A stretch of 48,310 bases of DNA, the filler included, from Sphacelaria rigidula (taxonomy: Eukaryota), in NCBI GenBank assembly GCA_964200075.2. It is 2 parts of 2 records of this genome, joined end to end, with 100 filler letters (N's around TTAATTAATTAA, not from the genome) between each part and the next. Parts side by side here need not be neighbours in the genome. Positions count along the whole stretch, not along the records: positions 24,208 to 48,310 come from CAXNAA020000226.1; 1 more part is not named here. One strand, 5' to 3'. Under the pieces are notes generated by a model. That model saw only the letters and a list, made by a program, of their open reading frames with translations, was not told the origin of the DNA and made no database searches. A program made the position numbers and the translations under genes. Below, in pieces: positions 36,561-48,310 of the stretch (positions are counted from its first letter, which is position 1; each line of letters opens with the position of its first letter).

Positions 36561-39500
36561 TCACGCCAAAAGGTCGTTCACGTCAGCGTCACCGAACTCC
36601 TCGTCATCTCGTCCTGTAGCAACGAAAAACACCAGGGCAAGACGCGTGTGTCGGTAGTGGTTTATAGATGACGTGTGCGTATTCCGTGAACTTCTTTATG
36701 CTAAGCAGAAAATGCTGGGGAACAAAAATCGAAAGAAAAGGCTGCGAAAGTCGCGCTGAATCGAGGGCAGAGTGATCCTAGGATACACAGGAGGGGGGAA
36801 GATGTCCCGGTGTTATAAACCACTTTTGCACCAAGGAGTCAGGTCACCTCCAGCGAAATATCGCTGCAAACAGCGAAGTCCATTTGAGCCTTTCTGGTAT
36901 CAAGATAACACGTTCATTCACATTGCTCAAGAACGTGTTTGGCCACGAACAAGCGCACAACGAGCGTGTGAGGTGGTGTAACACACCTGGGTGCCCCACT
37001 GTTTTGTTCTTCCCCCCCCTTCCCTATTGCTCCGTCTCGAAAGGGATGCGTGGTCAATGGTCAAACGACTAAGGCAAGTAACAAATGAGTACGCCCCCCC
37101 CCCCTCCCTATTCTGGGATCGCTTGGCATTGAAAGGCAGTATCGCTATCGTGTGCCGTAGTTCCACACGTACGAGCTAATGGTGGCGAATGAGATGGCGA
37201 TTACGGTTATGGACTGGCGCAATTGGTGGTGCTGGAAGCGAAGACACGGGTATTTTCATCGAAATCAAGCGCCGCATCGTAGCCGCGTTGGTACACCTCC
37301 AGAAGAATAACCCCTGACTATGATAACTATACGGTGAAATGCTCAACTACCTCTCAAAATCCGACTACTCTAAACGGAGGTGGGGACAGCCATACTGCGT
37401 CCCCAGGGCTCCAAGAGCTCTTGTACTGCCCACCACAAGCTTTCACTGTGAGCGATTGGCTTCCAGAGGAAGGCGCGCACTAAACACAGATTTCCTGTAC
37501 ACATAGCAGTGCTCCAGAGGACCGAATGCAAGCGTATGGACACGTCCATCCGCGACGTCAACGTTTGTGTGCCGGGAGCCAAGTCTGACAAGACGAAACA
37601 AGTCTCCCGAATCGGTTCGGACGGTTGGCCGTCCTAGGGCCCAAGGAGCCTGGTAGCAAGCCTTTCAACATTCGTGGGACCATCCAAGATAGCCTACGTG
37701 CTTTAGGGGCTATCCTATGCGAGGGTCAAATGGAAAGTTGTCGTTCGTCTACGATATGGGGGTCACAGGAACGGAGAAGTTCGAGGATGAATGGCGACGC
37801 GAAAACATGCGCCAACCTGACGTTCACCACAAGCACAAGGGTGTTGCGTCGAGAGCCGGTAGTAACATAGCCGATGCCGTTGGCACAACAAGAGCAGAAA
37901 CAGTTCGCGACGAGTCCAAGCTGGAAATGGTCGAGAGAGTGACCCGCTCTGTTCCTGACTAGGGATAAAGCGTGGTGAGAGGAGGGTTACAGGGGACTGA
38001 TACCTCTGTCTTGTCCAATCGGTCGCTGATTTTTTTCTCTTCTTAGCACCTTCAGCGATGTTCCCTCACTAGATTTTTATTGCTCACGTTCTGCTTCGCA
38101 TCTGGTTTCATCCGCTTTCTCCTTTTCCTTTTCCCCTCTTTTCTTCCTCGTTTTTTCAGTTCCTTCTTGTTGATTTTTTGCTTTTGTTTCTCTATTTTTT
38201 GCTGTTGCTTTATTTTCTACTTTTCAACGTTGGTTATTTTCATCAACTTATTATTTGTTTGTACAGTTTCCTTACCATGAGACATGCGGCAAGGGCCTGC
38301 CGATTTTTGTCAGAGCTGTCCTCGGTCACGGGTTTTGGAAAATGGCTACACGGTACAGATCTTGATTCTTGCGGTATCTCTGCGGCACAGAGTGTGTGGT
38401 ACTGGAAAAGTGCTGTACGGTCCCGGTTGCTTTTGTATTTTCGTGGCTTCGTTTGGAAAACGGCGGAAGGTTCATCCACCGTTTCGGCCTGTAGCGTGCG
38501 AACGGCGATACTTTTGGATTGTATGACAGTATCTTCGGAATATTTGAAAACGAAAAAAGGGAAAATCCAAAAAACTACTTTGCTTCCTTTCTCCAAAACA
38601 TGATCGCACGGGTAGTATCTGTCGTTTTGGCCTGTTACGCACGAATGGCGATGCTTACACACAAACGTATCGATTGATAGTATAAACACTCGAACAATTA
38701 TCGATGATCCCCGTTCCTCCCCACCTGAGGACGATGGTGTTTTATCCCCACCCCGAACATGATGGGCGTGTTACTCACCGTTTTGGCCTGTTACAAAGGT
38801 ATTTGAATGCGAAAAGCGATGCCCTTGAACGCACGGGAGGCATCGTTAAAACGTATGCACCCTACCCAACTGCTTTACGACCCCTCCCTTCCCTGTCACA
38901 CTTTCACAGGGATAAAATCAACTTATACCCTCCCTGAACACTCGCGGGGAAGAGGGGGTGCTATCTGACGTGTTAGTCATCTGCTGCCGGAAAATAATGA
39001 ATACGAACGAGTGAAGAGTACCAATAGGAAGTCTACGGCTGACCCCAACTAGTGACGACCCCCGATTTTTTGACGGGACTGCAGACACCCCGGGGACGCG
39101 ATCTTTCGATCATTAAGTACGTTCAGGAGTTGTCGTCTACCACCAGGGTCCGAAACACACGATTGGCGATGCCCCTTGAACACGCAGGTTGTATCTCTGG
39201 AACGTATACATCCTACGTGCGGATGTGAAACCATACTGTCCCTCATCCCCGATAATGAGATGATGGTATCCCCTCCCCAAAAACCCTCATCGGTGGCGGG
39301 GTCATTTGGCATATTAACGGGCGGGCTACACGATGCTTCTCGCGCACGTAGAGGTATCATCAAAACGAACATCCTTATCCTTACCATGTACGTACCCATA
39401 GGGCAGTTAGGGGCACCACCGTTCGGTTGTGCTAGGCAAAAACGGGTGGATAACACCTCCGGGGACGGCTCTTTGCTGATCCTTGTCCCTGGAATACCCA

Positions 39501-42500
39501 TGTGCCTAATATCCACATGAGACTTCATTAATGTTTAATGTTTTGAAGGAACTTTTTCCAGAGTCGTTCATGCCATACATTTAATTTCTGATTGTTGGTG
39601 AGGTGTGAGGTCTTACTTGATTTATTGAAACAGCCAAAGCAGAATAGGGGCGAGAATAGCCCGCGAGTTAGCGTTACTTCAAATGGATTGGTCAGCACAC
39701 GTCGGTGCAAGCGTTGAGGCTTTTGGGGGGGGTTTCGAAGCCATTTTTGACCCGATCTTACCCAAGGTGAGTCTGCCCCTCCTAATTCGATAGCGTAGAA
39801 TCGATTTCCGGGCTGCCTTTTTTCAGGGTTTGGGTCAGTATTCCGTTCATCTACTGTATCTTGGGTACGTCTATCTTGTGACCACGGCTGGATCATGACT
39901 CGTATGAAGAGCAGATCAAGCAATGTTGAGGTGTGAAAATCAACTGACCCATCAATCAATCGCTGAAACGATCAAATCACTTCATGACTACCACGACAGA
40001 GTTTTGATGCCGGCCTGATGTTACGTACTGATGAGATTATTGGACTAAACACCTTGCATCGATAATTCAGATCCCTTCCGTTGGTGTTGTAGGAAGAACA
40101 GTGTCGTGTCGTCTCAAACCGAGACGGTGCATTGTGTGCTTGGAGCAATTAAACACTCTCACCTCGATCGATTCCGCTGGAATCTCGTTCCACAACGCGA
40201 GCGTTCGGGGCGGCTAAATGTGCTCCTTCCCCGGAGGCAGAGCGCCCAACCCCTTGGGATCCCCGCCTGTCCTCGTGCGACCAGCGTCTTTCTTGCCTCG
40301 ACTCTGCTCTAACTTCTTCGTGGTTTGGCACCTTATGTGTGGGAAGTGGAGAAATATAGCACATTAAAAGCAGGCTTCACACTTTGCGTCAACGCATAAA
40401 TGCAAAACTCGCATCACATGGTGCGGTCGAAGCATCACTTGTAGCGCTTTCGCGACGTCACGTATTGTCCCTACACCCCCAAGAAGGGTTATGTGCACAA
40501 GAAACGACACGGGGCTCAAGATACAGTTGACTGAGGATTAAAATACGGTTGAATCACAAGACATACAGGATGAGTCACGATTTTCTGTAAACTCGCTTAG
40601 ACGATCCTTCTACGTCACATGGCAGTTCCGATACAATACCGTACTTCAGGCTGCAACCGAAATGTCTTGGTTTCAATGCTTCGGAGCATATACAGAGTGC
40701 AAGGTATACCCAGGTTGACACAGTAGGGCGCAATTCTCGAACGAGTGTTGTATACAGTGACCCTTATTGCTATGGTAGGTCTACATCCGACATCCCTCCT
40801 GACAGACCTCGGGGACAGTAACGGGTGGTCCTCGTCCAGGGGTGGATCTATCAAGCCGCGCTAGCTTGTGCTGAAAGTGCTGAACCGGTCGGTCATGATC
40901 TCGGCAAATGGCGACCAGGTATCGAAGACCTGGCCAAAAAACAAGAACCGAAGAGTCTTGAGAGCGCCACTTGCTGCAAAGGATGACGGCAGTTTAGGTG
41001 CGTCCGATAGGTTTCCAGCCCGTTGCGCAGTTTTATAGCTTTCGCCGTATGGTCAGAGTTTGGTAAACACCGTTACACTGGTTGCAAAGTCGTCTCGCGA
41101 TAGGGAGACTGTGTTAGGATTGCCGTTGTCCATAGAACCGGGGACCGGCTCACGTACTCACATTCAAGGTTTTCGGGATAGTCATTGTGAATCTTCTCAT
41201 AGAGTTCAAGTGCCTTCTGGTAGTTGCCCATTCGACGGTAGCAACTGGTGACCATCAGTCGCCATTTTACCTGGGGTGTAGGGGTCAAACGCAGGTGAGA
41301 ACTGAGTGTATTGATGCTCTGACGAAAAGTGTTGCAGGCGCGGAACGTAAATACCGTAGATGAGGTAGAGCCAACTTTTGGTAGAGTACCAGCTGCAGGG
41401 AAATGGAGACTGCGATATGCCTAGGTCCTGGCTGACAGCCCTGTTCGCACAACTTCCCCCTTCAGAGCTCGACGGCTGATTCTTCAAATTGGTGCAGTGG
41501 CTATCGCTCTAGCACTAATACTTACCTCAGTGGGCTGGATTTGCGCAGCTGTTTCGAAGTAGTGGATGGCCTTCTCATACAACTCACTTTTCACGTACCA
41601 TACTCCAAGCCAGGATATCACGTCCAGGTTCACCGGGTAGTGTCGGAAGCTGCTCGGCAGGTCGGGAATGGAGCCGAGTCAGTTATACTTTGTCAGTTAT
41701 CGAAGATCGCCGGTAGTTTGCATTCACTGTAACGAACTGTCCTTCCTCCTCGCAATCAACAACACATTCATTTCCGCCGAAGCCACGTAGCAGAGGCCGG
41801 CCAGTTTTTTTCTCTTCTTTTCTTTTCTTCTTTTTTTTCTTCATGCCTGAGTCTACCATGTTGTTATGTTCTACCTTTTTGTTTCTTCATTTTTTTGAGC
41901 GAGCGTTCCAGTTTTGTTTTGTCTCGGGTACGTCTACCATCAATCGCGGGAGGTGAGCGATGGCAGTTGCCTCGCTTCAGACGAAAGGGCGCACAACCAG
42001 ATTCCAAATCTTTCCTGCAGAACTTAGGTTTGGTGGCAAGAATCTCGATAAACGAGCTGCACGTACCTCTCCTTGTGGTAAAAGTACGCCTGACTGTCGT
42101 CGTCCTCTTTGTTCGCAATGTGACCCATTCTACTCAAGATACCCGGGTCGCTGGGGACTCGAGCCAGTAGAATGTTGAACCATTTTGATGCCTGGGGCAG
42201 GTTCTCCATGTGTACCTTGAGTTTGTTGATGTGAGAACGGAATCTGTGGTCAACAAGTTATTGCAGGGCAGAATAAGCCGAATGTAGGAGCAACGTATTG
42301 AAAACCACATGACGCTACGCAAGTGAATACCGCGCTATCATAGCGACAAGGCATCAATAATCAAATTTCCGAGAGTGATGAAGCACTCCCAGTGCGACAT
42401 ACACCGCGCAATCCGAGCGAGTTCAACGAATAGGAAATGACGTCGACTTACGGAAGAAGTACTCCGTGATGTTCTCTCCAACACACGAAAGCAGGCCCGT

Positions 42501-45500
42501 CTCTCTGTTACCGAAGAGACAGGTGGTTGAATAGAATGAAGAAGGGGAAAATCGCCAGCACGACCTAGGAGAGACAGTTGACTTACTTCAAACATATCAG
42601 CTGCACTTCACCTCGTACAAATTAGCGATGTGATAGATGACCTCAGTGTTGTTTGGGATGATCGTATGAAGCTTCTCAAACGCCTGAAGGGAGTCATTCG
42701 CCATCCCTAGATGCATGTTGACTAGTCCCAGATTGTATATCGCCTCCACGCAGTCTACCTGTAACACATCGCGATGTCAGGGATGGACCGACGGTAAGTC
42801 TCATCCAGCGAAAATTGACGGAAGTCCTAAGAACACGGCGAACATTGCTACATTGCATGTGAATGGCCCTCTAAGCTACGTCGAACACATTTTCGGATAT
42901 GACCAATACAGCTTGGCGTTTGTAAGCTACAACACTTTGGCGTCTTGTCGCCTCTCTAGCGCGGAAGCTTAGAAGTTCCCCGTCATTGGTCTGTTCGCAT
43001 GGGTGGTCTCAAGTGGTGACAATGAGGTGAGAGCTGTCTCACCTCCACTCCGATCGCCTCAAGGAATATCTCTTTTGCCCGTCCGTACTCCTTGGCCATG
43101 AAAAGACAATTGCCTTTATTCACCAGAGCCTTAGCGTTGTACCGGTTGTGCCTAATTGCCATGTCTGCATACAGATCAGCGCTCTTGAAGTCACCTGTGT
43201 GCAATTACAAAGTCAACGTAGAAACAATAACGGCAAGGGGTTATATTGAATGGTAACCGCATCACAACACGTTGGGGTTGGAGAGTACGCATCAGCGGTG
43301 CTACGAAGTCTGCTTGCGGGTTAGCTGAACTTTGATACAGTTTGGGCTGGATCGGAAATTGTGTGGGAAATAGTTGCAGGAGAAGGGCATGGGCACCGAA
43401 GTTGCTCACATACCCTCAAGGAAGTAGATGAAGGCGAGGTTGGTAGCTGCCATTGCCTTGAGGTGTTGATCCTTCTTCTCAAAAGCCTTCAGGTGCTCGA
43501 TTGCCTACGATTTCAGCGATGCAGAGACTCCGAAGTAACGTTCTCAATCAAGTTGAAAAATACTATAGCGACATCATCTGGAAGGCAACGTCAAAATTCC
43601 CCAGCATCTGAAATGGACATCCGGAGGGGGCAAGGGTGGCGGGTTGGGTATGGTGCTTCAAACTGTGTGGGCCCAACACCAGATAATGCCCGAACACCGT
43701 TGGGCTTATCCTCGCCAAGATTTGAGACGCGTCTCAGTAAGCTATTGGAGTGCAGTCAGCGTTGACTGTACCGTCTTGCTTCTTTGACCCGCCATGCCCC
43801 TGGCAACGGCGTAGTTCGGGGCGACGTCGAAGCTATTTGAGGTGAAGGCATCTCTGGTTTTCTGGACGATCGTCGATGAGATATCCCTGGAAACCAACGC
43901 ATCATTAGTGTGAATCACGCATGTAGCAGCCACGCCAATCGTCTTGACAAAACAAGGGAACTTGAGCGATCACCTTGTCGAATTCCTTAGTCTTGAGGTA
44001 ATGCAGAGCTTTCTCGATTTCCATCTTCGATGCCAGGAATTCGTGGTCCAGCTTTATGGTTTCTACCACCCAGTCAAACCCTCCTTCCCAATCTTTTTTG
44101 TCCATCACCGGAGCGATGAGCTTTGCTGCGGTGAAGACATAGCTGTAACGCAAGGAACAGATGATGAACGTTAGTTCGGCACAATCGGGTACGTCGTACA
44201 GTAGGTCATGGTACAAAACACAAGGAATGGTTCAGTCACGACACTCAAGTCAACGTTGAGATTGTAGAATTACATGTGCAACGGAAGTACAAATATATTT
44301 CGTATTATTCATGTGTAGTGGTTTATATAACTTCACATGGCACTATTCATGGAAGTCCACGTCAACTTCGGATGTGCACTCACTGCTCTGCGTCCTTCTT
44401 GCGCCTTTTGAGCTCTACGCGCAATTTATCCGGTGCTGTTTGCCCTGTCATTTCCGCTTCATCTGCAGCCTTAGAGTCTTGCTCCTCTTCGTCGTCCTCC
44501 AAAACGCCCTGTATGAGTATGTTCGACACACGAAAAAATGGGAGAAGTCAAGAAGTTTTCCATCTGTTACAGTCATAAATACGAATCGCACAACCGAGGA
44601 AGAGCTGGGTGATGTTCGTGCCCGTTACTTTGTACGTAACCTGTAGAGGGGACTCATCCGAGGGGACGGCCCTTGCCTGAATAGGGATGGCTGCAAGCCG
44701 CTGGAATGCTTTTCTCATCGACAGCCCGTCTTCTAGAGCGTAGTAGCATAGGACCAAATTGAAGCCCGTCTGATGATCTGGATTCCCCTGCATGATCAGA
44801 TCGTACTGCCCAATAGCGTCCTGTCGGTGTTGACATTGAAAATAGCGAATGTCGGACAAATCATAGCAATTTTCGTTATTGCGTGAGAAAAAAAGCAAGA
44901 TAAACATGCGTTCAACTCTCAAGTGTTCGTTATTGCGTTCGTGGGGAACAGAGCATAAATATGATTGATGCAATAGGATTCTATCAACCACGGTACTGTA
45001 CTTGTGAACATACTAATATTGTTTGTATTCGTACCTGGAACTGACCCATGCGCACGAATGCTGTGCCAATGTTGCGGATAATCTTGAAGCGCACCTCCTT
45101 CCCAGTGTTTGGAACCTACCGAAACGAAGTACAAAAGCGCATCTCAGATGATGGCACGACTTGCGTCCGAGAGGCTGCGCAGAACTACGGCAGGTTTGAG
45201 TCAGCATTCACAGGTGTTTGTCTCCGTTTCAGGCTCTGCACAATTCGTATCGTATGGTTCCGAGAAAAAACTCATCGACAAAGGATGGTAACCGAATCTG
45301 TCGCTTCAAGTGGAGTTCACGAAGCGATCAAGATGTGCATGAAAAATCGGTAGATATCAGGATGATACTTCCCTCTTTTCAGTTAACTTTCCCGCGTTGG
45401 CATATACGGCATGCCAGAACATAACGTCAGCCGCACCTGGTCTAGTGCCATCCGGTAGTTCTTGATCGCTTCCGGGTACTCGCGCTGGAGCAGGAGGGAA

Positions 45501-47526
45501 CGCCCATACGTGTTCGAGGCATGGGGGCGGAACGGTTCGCGTACACGAGAGTAGAAATGTGATTTTGGCCGAAGCTGTAGAATCCTGCTGCGCAATCATT
45601 ACTGAAAGCCAACCCTCCCTGTGAGAGCCCTGGCCTGCCATATGGGAGGGTGAGTTCCACAAAAGATTGTGGCCACTTAAAGTGGCTTTGTCTCGTGGCT
45701 CTCACCTGTTCGTAGTAGATGTTGCCGATGTTGGCGCGAAGGCGTCCGGCCTGGGGGTATTGCTTGTTTTTCACGATAGCACCATACTCTCGTAGAGCCT
45801 ACGGGACCAGAAAGCAGACCGGTATGGATTGAGATAGGTGTCACTATCTAGTTCCGCTGACCTTGGCGGTCAGGATATACACACAGATGGGCGAGCATGA
45901 GGACGGCGGCGCCAGTCACCTACCTCTTTTCTCATGCCGTTCTGGTGGTAGCAGTTGGCCAGATTAAAGCAAACAGCGTAGGTAAGATCCAAGTTGATCT
46001 GGTCGATGAGACCATGTCGTTCCCGGAGTTTGCATAGCGCCTTCTCTTTTTTGTCCTGCCCATAATTGAAGAGTAGGGGCACAGCACATGTAAGAACACA
46101 TCACAGTCTTAAAATGAGCACATTGTGTGGAAATGCTCATCAACGAGGGGGTACCTCCGCGCATCTGTGTACCTGTTTGCCGCAGTGCACTAGCAGCACC
46201 ATCCCAACACACGACAACCTCATGGCTTCGCTACTGGTGCCCCAACGTTTTCGGGTTGAAATCACTGACATGGTCGACGTCTGGTATTTGACAGTTATAG
46301 AGTGACGCCCGCTTACTCACCGCCTCCTTCGCCTTCTCCAGAGCTTGAGTGAAGTTTCCTTCGACACATGAGGCCGCACTATCCTCCATCATGTTGTGCA
46401 CCTGGAGGTAGAATTTAGGCGATAGATCAACGGGTATGATCTTGCATTATCGTCCAAGCTCCATCTAATATATGGATATCCATCTGGGCTATCCCCCTGG
46501 ATTATCCATCTGGGTTCTTCGGCACGTTTAGGGCATATACTGGGGATACGGACGTGTTTCTGCAAGACCCATCTGCAATATGGATGTCCCAATGGGATAT
46601 CCATCTGAAATTTCAGCTGCATGTGGAATCTCAGTTGCATCTGGGAGTTTCACCGATAATGTGGGCGTCTGCATGGGATATCCATCTTGGCCCTCATATT
46701 CATCCTGGACATCTATTTGGGACCTCGCACCCATCTAGGTTGTTTACCTGAACCATTCATCTCTATGGCTATGAGCGGGATTCAGTGGAGAGGGGAAATC
46801 GCCGAGAAGGCAAATTGTTCTCATCAAGTGAGATACTACATGGGGATATTCACGTCCGACTGAACGTCCTTGTGAGGCGTATCAAGCCCGATGGACATCC
46901 CAATGGATGACCACATCAAATAGAGGATCCAGGTAGAGGCCTCAGGTGTACATTCACATCACAGATGGCCATATCACGCGTCATTCCTAGATGGATCCCG
47001 GAAAATCCCAGATGGATATCTGTACCCCATTTGGATATCCCACATCGATGTCCACATCCCACATCGACACTTACCTCCCAGATGGATATCCATATGCGAG
47101 AATAATTCCCCAGATAGAGTTCAGATCTGTGTGGAATACCGCTGGTGGGTATTTATATCCCTAATGGATGTCTACCTGGGATATTCCAACAAACAAAAAT
47201 TTGCGACCCATGCATCCTGCTGCAAAAACCACGACTAAGATCTCGTTCTGTGAACGGTGTACCGTAAAGTTACTGGCTTAAGAGCAGCAAAAACCCCCTG
47301 ATCATCCCTTTCACTCTTCATACTGCTATGAACATACCTGCCGCTCCATTTCCTTGGCTAGATCCTCCGGGCCATTGTCAGCCCTCTCCGCTAACGCTGG
47401 GGCTGGGCCATGGCTTTGGTTCAGTGGGTCAAAAGTGCCTTGCTTATTTGACTGATACCCCGCTCCTGCCACGGAAGTCATCGGTCGTGCTTCGCCCCCT
47501 ATTCGTAATGCTGTGCCTGGTGCAGC
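36561..47526 (-). CDS. IFT88: Intraflagellar transport protein 88 (TPR protein), spliced, 5'-partial
   Basis: Exons 47526-47338, 46401-46321, 46055-45924, 45798-45706, 45484-45437, 45115-45035, 44820-44677 (GC donor), 44508-44384, 44142-43974, 43504-43414, 43194-43043, 42758-42612, 42215-42067, 41649-41526, 41270-41162, 40929-40808, 40331-40163 (tentative borders), 36613-36561 join in frame (2178 nt). IFT88 motifs: RPMTSVAGAGY, FDPL, INLDLTYAVCFNLA, QAGRLRANIGNIY, NRYNAKALVNKGN, VKWRLMVTSCYRRMGNYQKA, PENLECLRYLV, terminal DDEEFGDADVNDLLA*. Confidence 0.95.
37350..38270 (+). mobile_element. 5'-truncated RTE-like LINE 3' fragment, antisense within the last IFT88 intron
   Basis: Translated remnants LKIRLL, TAHHKLSL*AIGFQRK, LQRTECKRMDTSIR, FGRLAVLGPK, ESKLEMVERVTRSVPD* parallel the post-RT region of the 26.6-29.6 kb LINE. 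Followed by a T-rich tail. Ends approximate. Confidence 0.7.
46450..47190. repeat. Foldback-like array of GGATATCCATCTGGG motifs in an IFT88 intron
   Basis: Degenerate ggatatccatctg(gg) copies at ~46474, 46500, 46595 and 46676; reverse-complement cccagatggatatc copies at ~47007 and 47077. Ends approximate. Confidence 0.65.
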
Positions 47527-47858
47527 CTGTAACAAGTGGGAGATGGCGCGTGTACTTAGTGTACACTGATACTAGAATAGTCTCATCTACTTCGTACGAA
47601 TTCGTCCCTGGAGTGGTATTTAACTTCACCCCCTGAGCTTAGTCGGCCTGACTTGCGCTTCTACCCTTGATTTATTGCTGCCCATAGCACATGGGCGTGA
47701 TCTGTGCAGTATCAGCAAGACTAGTAACGTGTTTCTCTGTGCAGCCAAGCATTCGCGTCTCGGAGTGCTTCTCTTGTTGTGGAATCATGAAAAGTTGCAT
47801 CCGCGGTCTTCTCTTAGGCGTCTATTCAGAAAACACAAATAGACTACAACCTGTGATA

Positions 47859-48253
47859 TGTGACGATCTATAGGCAATCGATTAGACTACCGTACAATCA
47901 GCGTTGACTGTACGGTAGTCTAATCGATTGCCTATAGATCGCCACAAAAGTTAGTCGCTGGTTCGATTCCCGTCGGACGCACTTTCTTTGAAGAAAAAGA
48001 GGAAAACCCTACCTCCGGTAAAAAAGAGGGTGATGGGGGACAGTCCAATCCCCGAGTTCATTGCTAGGAACCCCAGTGCACACACTCTGGAAAATGAGTG
48101 GGGGAGACGAGGGACTACGAATGGATATGTGGGGCAACATTCGACCGATACCGTGCGCTCGAACAGTTGAACAGCGCTGGCAAGGGGAATCGCCCTTCTC
48201 GGAGTGAAAATGACGGGGATCGAACTCCCACGACTAACTTTTGTGACGATTTA
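47859..48253. mobile_element. Longer copy of the same hairpin/tRNA-promoter element, right end replaced or interrupted by (TTA)n
   Basis: 88-bp hairpin at 47859-47946, then aaagttagtcgctGGTTCGATTCCc. Segment 48146-48252 matches 35558-35665. Confidence 0.75.

Positions 48254-48255
<2 letters not shown>

Positions 48256-48310
<55 letters not shown>
48256..48310. repeat. (ATT)n microsatellite running to the window end
   Basis: Perfect att repeats. Confidence 0.95.

Noticed and set aside
38080..38280. Hydrophobic Phe-rich ORFs (also 32066-32419 and 29729-29956) as membrane proteins
   Set aside because: Products of T-rich retroposon tails or trinucleotide low-complexity DNA.

Overview
Intron-rich eukaryotic DNA, inferred to be a brown alga (Phaeophyceae, Ectocarpus-like) from gene architecture. 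Three spliced genes can be reconstructed by hand from splice sites and continuous reading frames. (1) A minus-strand LRR-ROC-COR (ROCO) GTPase at 1166-19485, with two isolated 72-nt phase-1 LRR exons, an unlocated 5' end and an apparent frameshift in the penultimate exon. (2) A plus-strand LRRC61-like LRR protein at 30658-34382, first exon not found. (3) A minus-strand IFT88 at 36561-47526, 5' end probably outside the window. Introns and intergenic DNA carry decayed RTE-like LINEs, tRNA-derived SINEs, several MITE/foldback elements (one piggyBac-type with TTAA duplication) and two assembly gaps. The most unusual signals are the modular ROCO LRR exons and a TGT...ACA element whose terminal hairpins are built from a tRNA-like Pol III promoter (35505-35741 and 47859-48253). 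Most ORFs in the supplied track are spurious.
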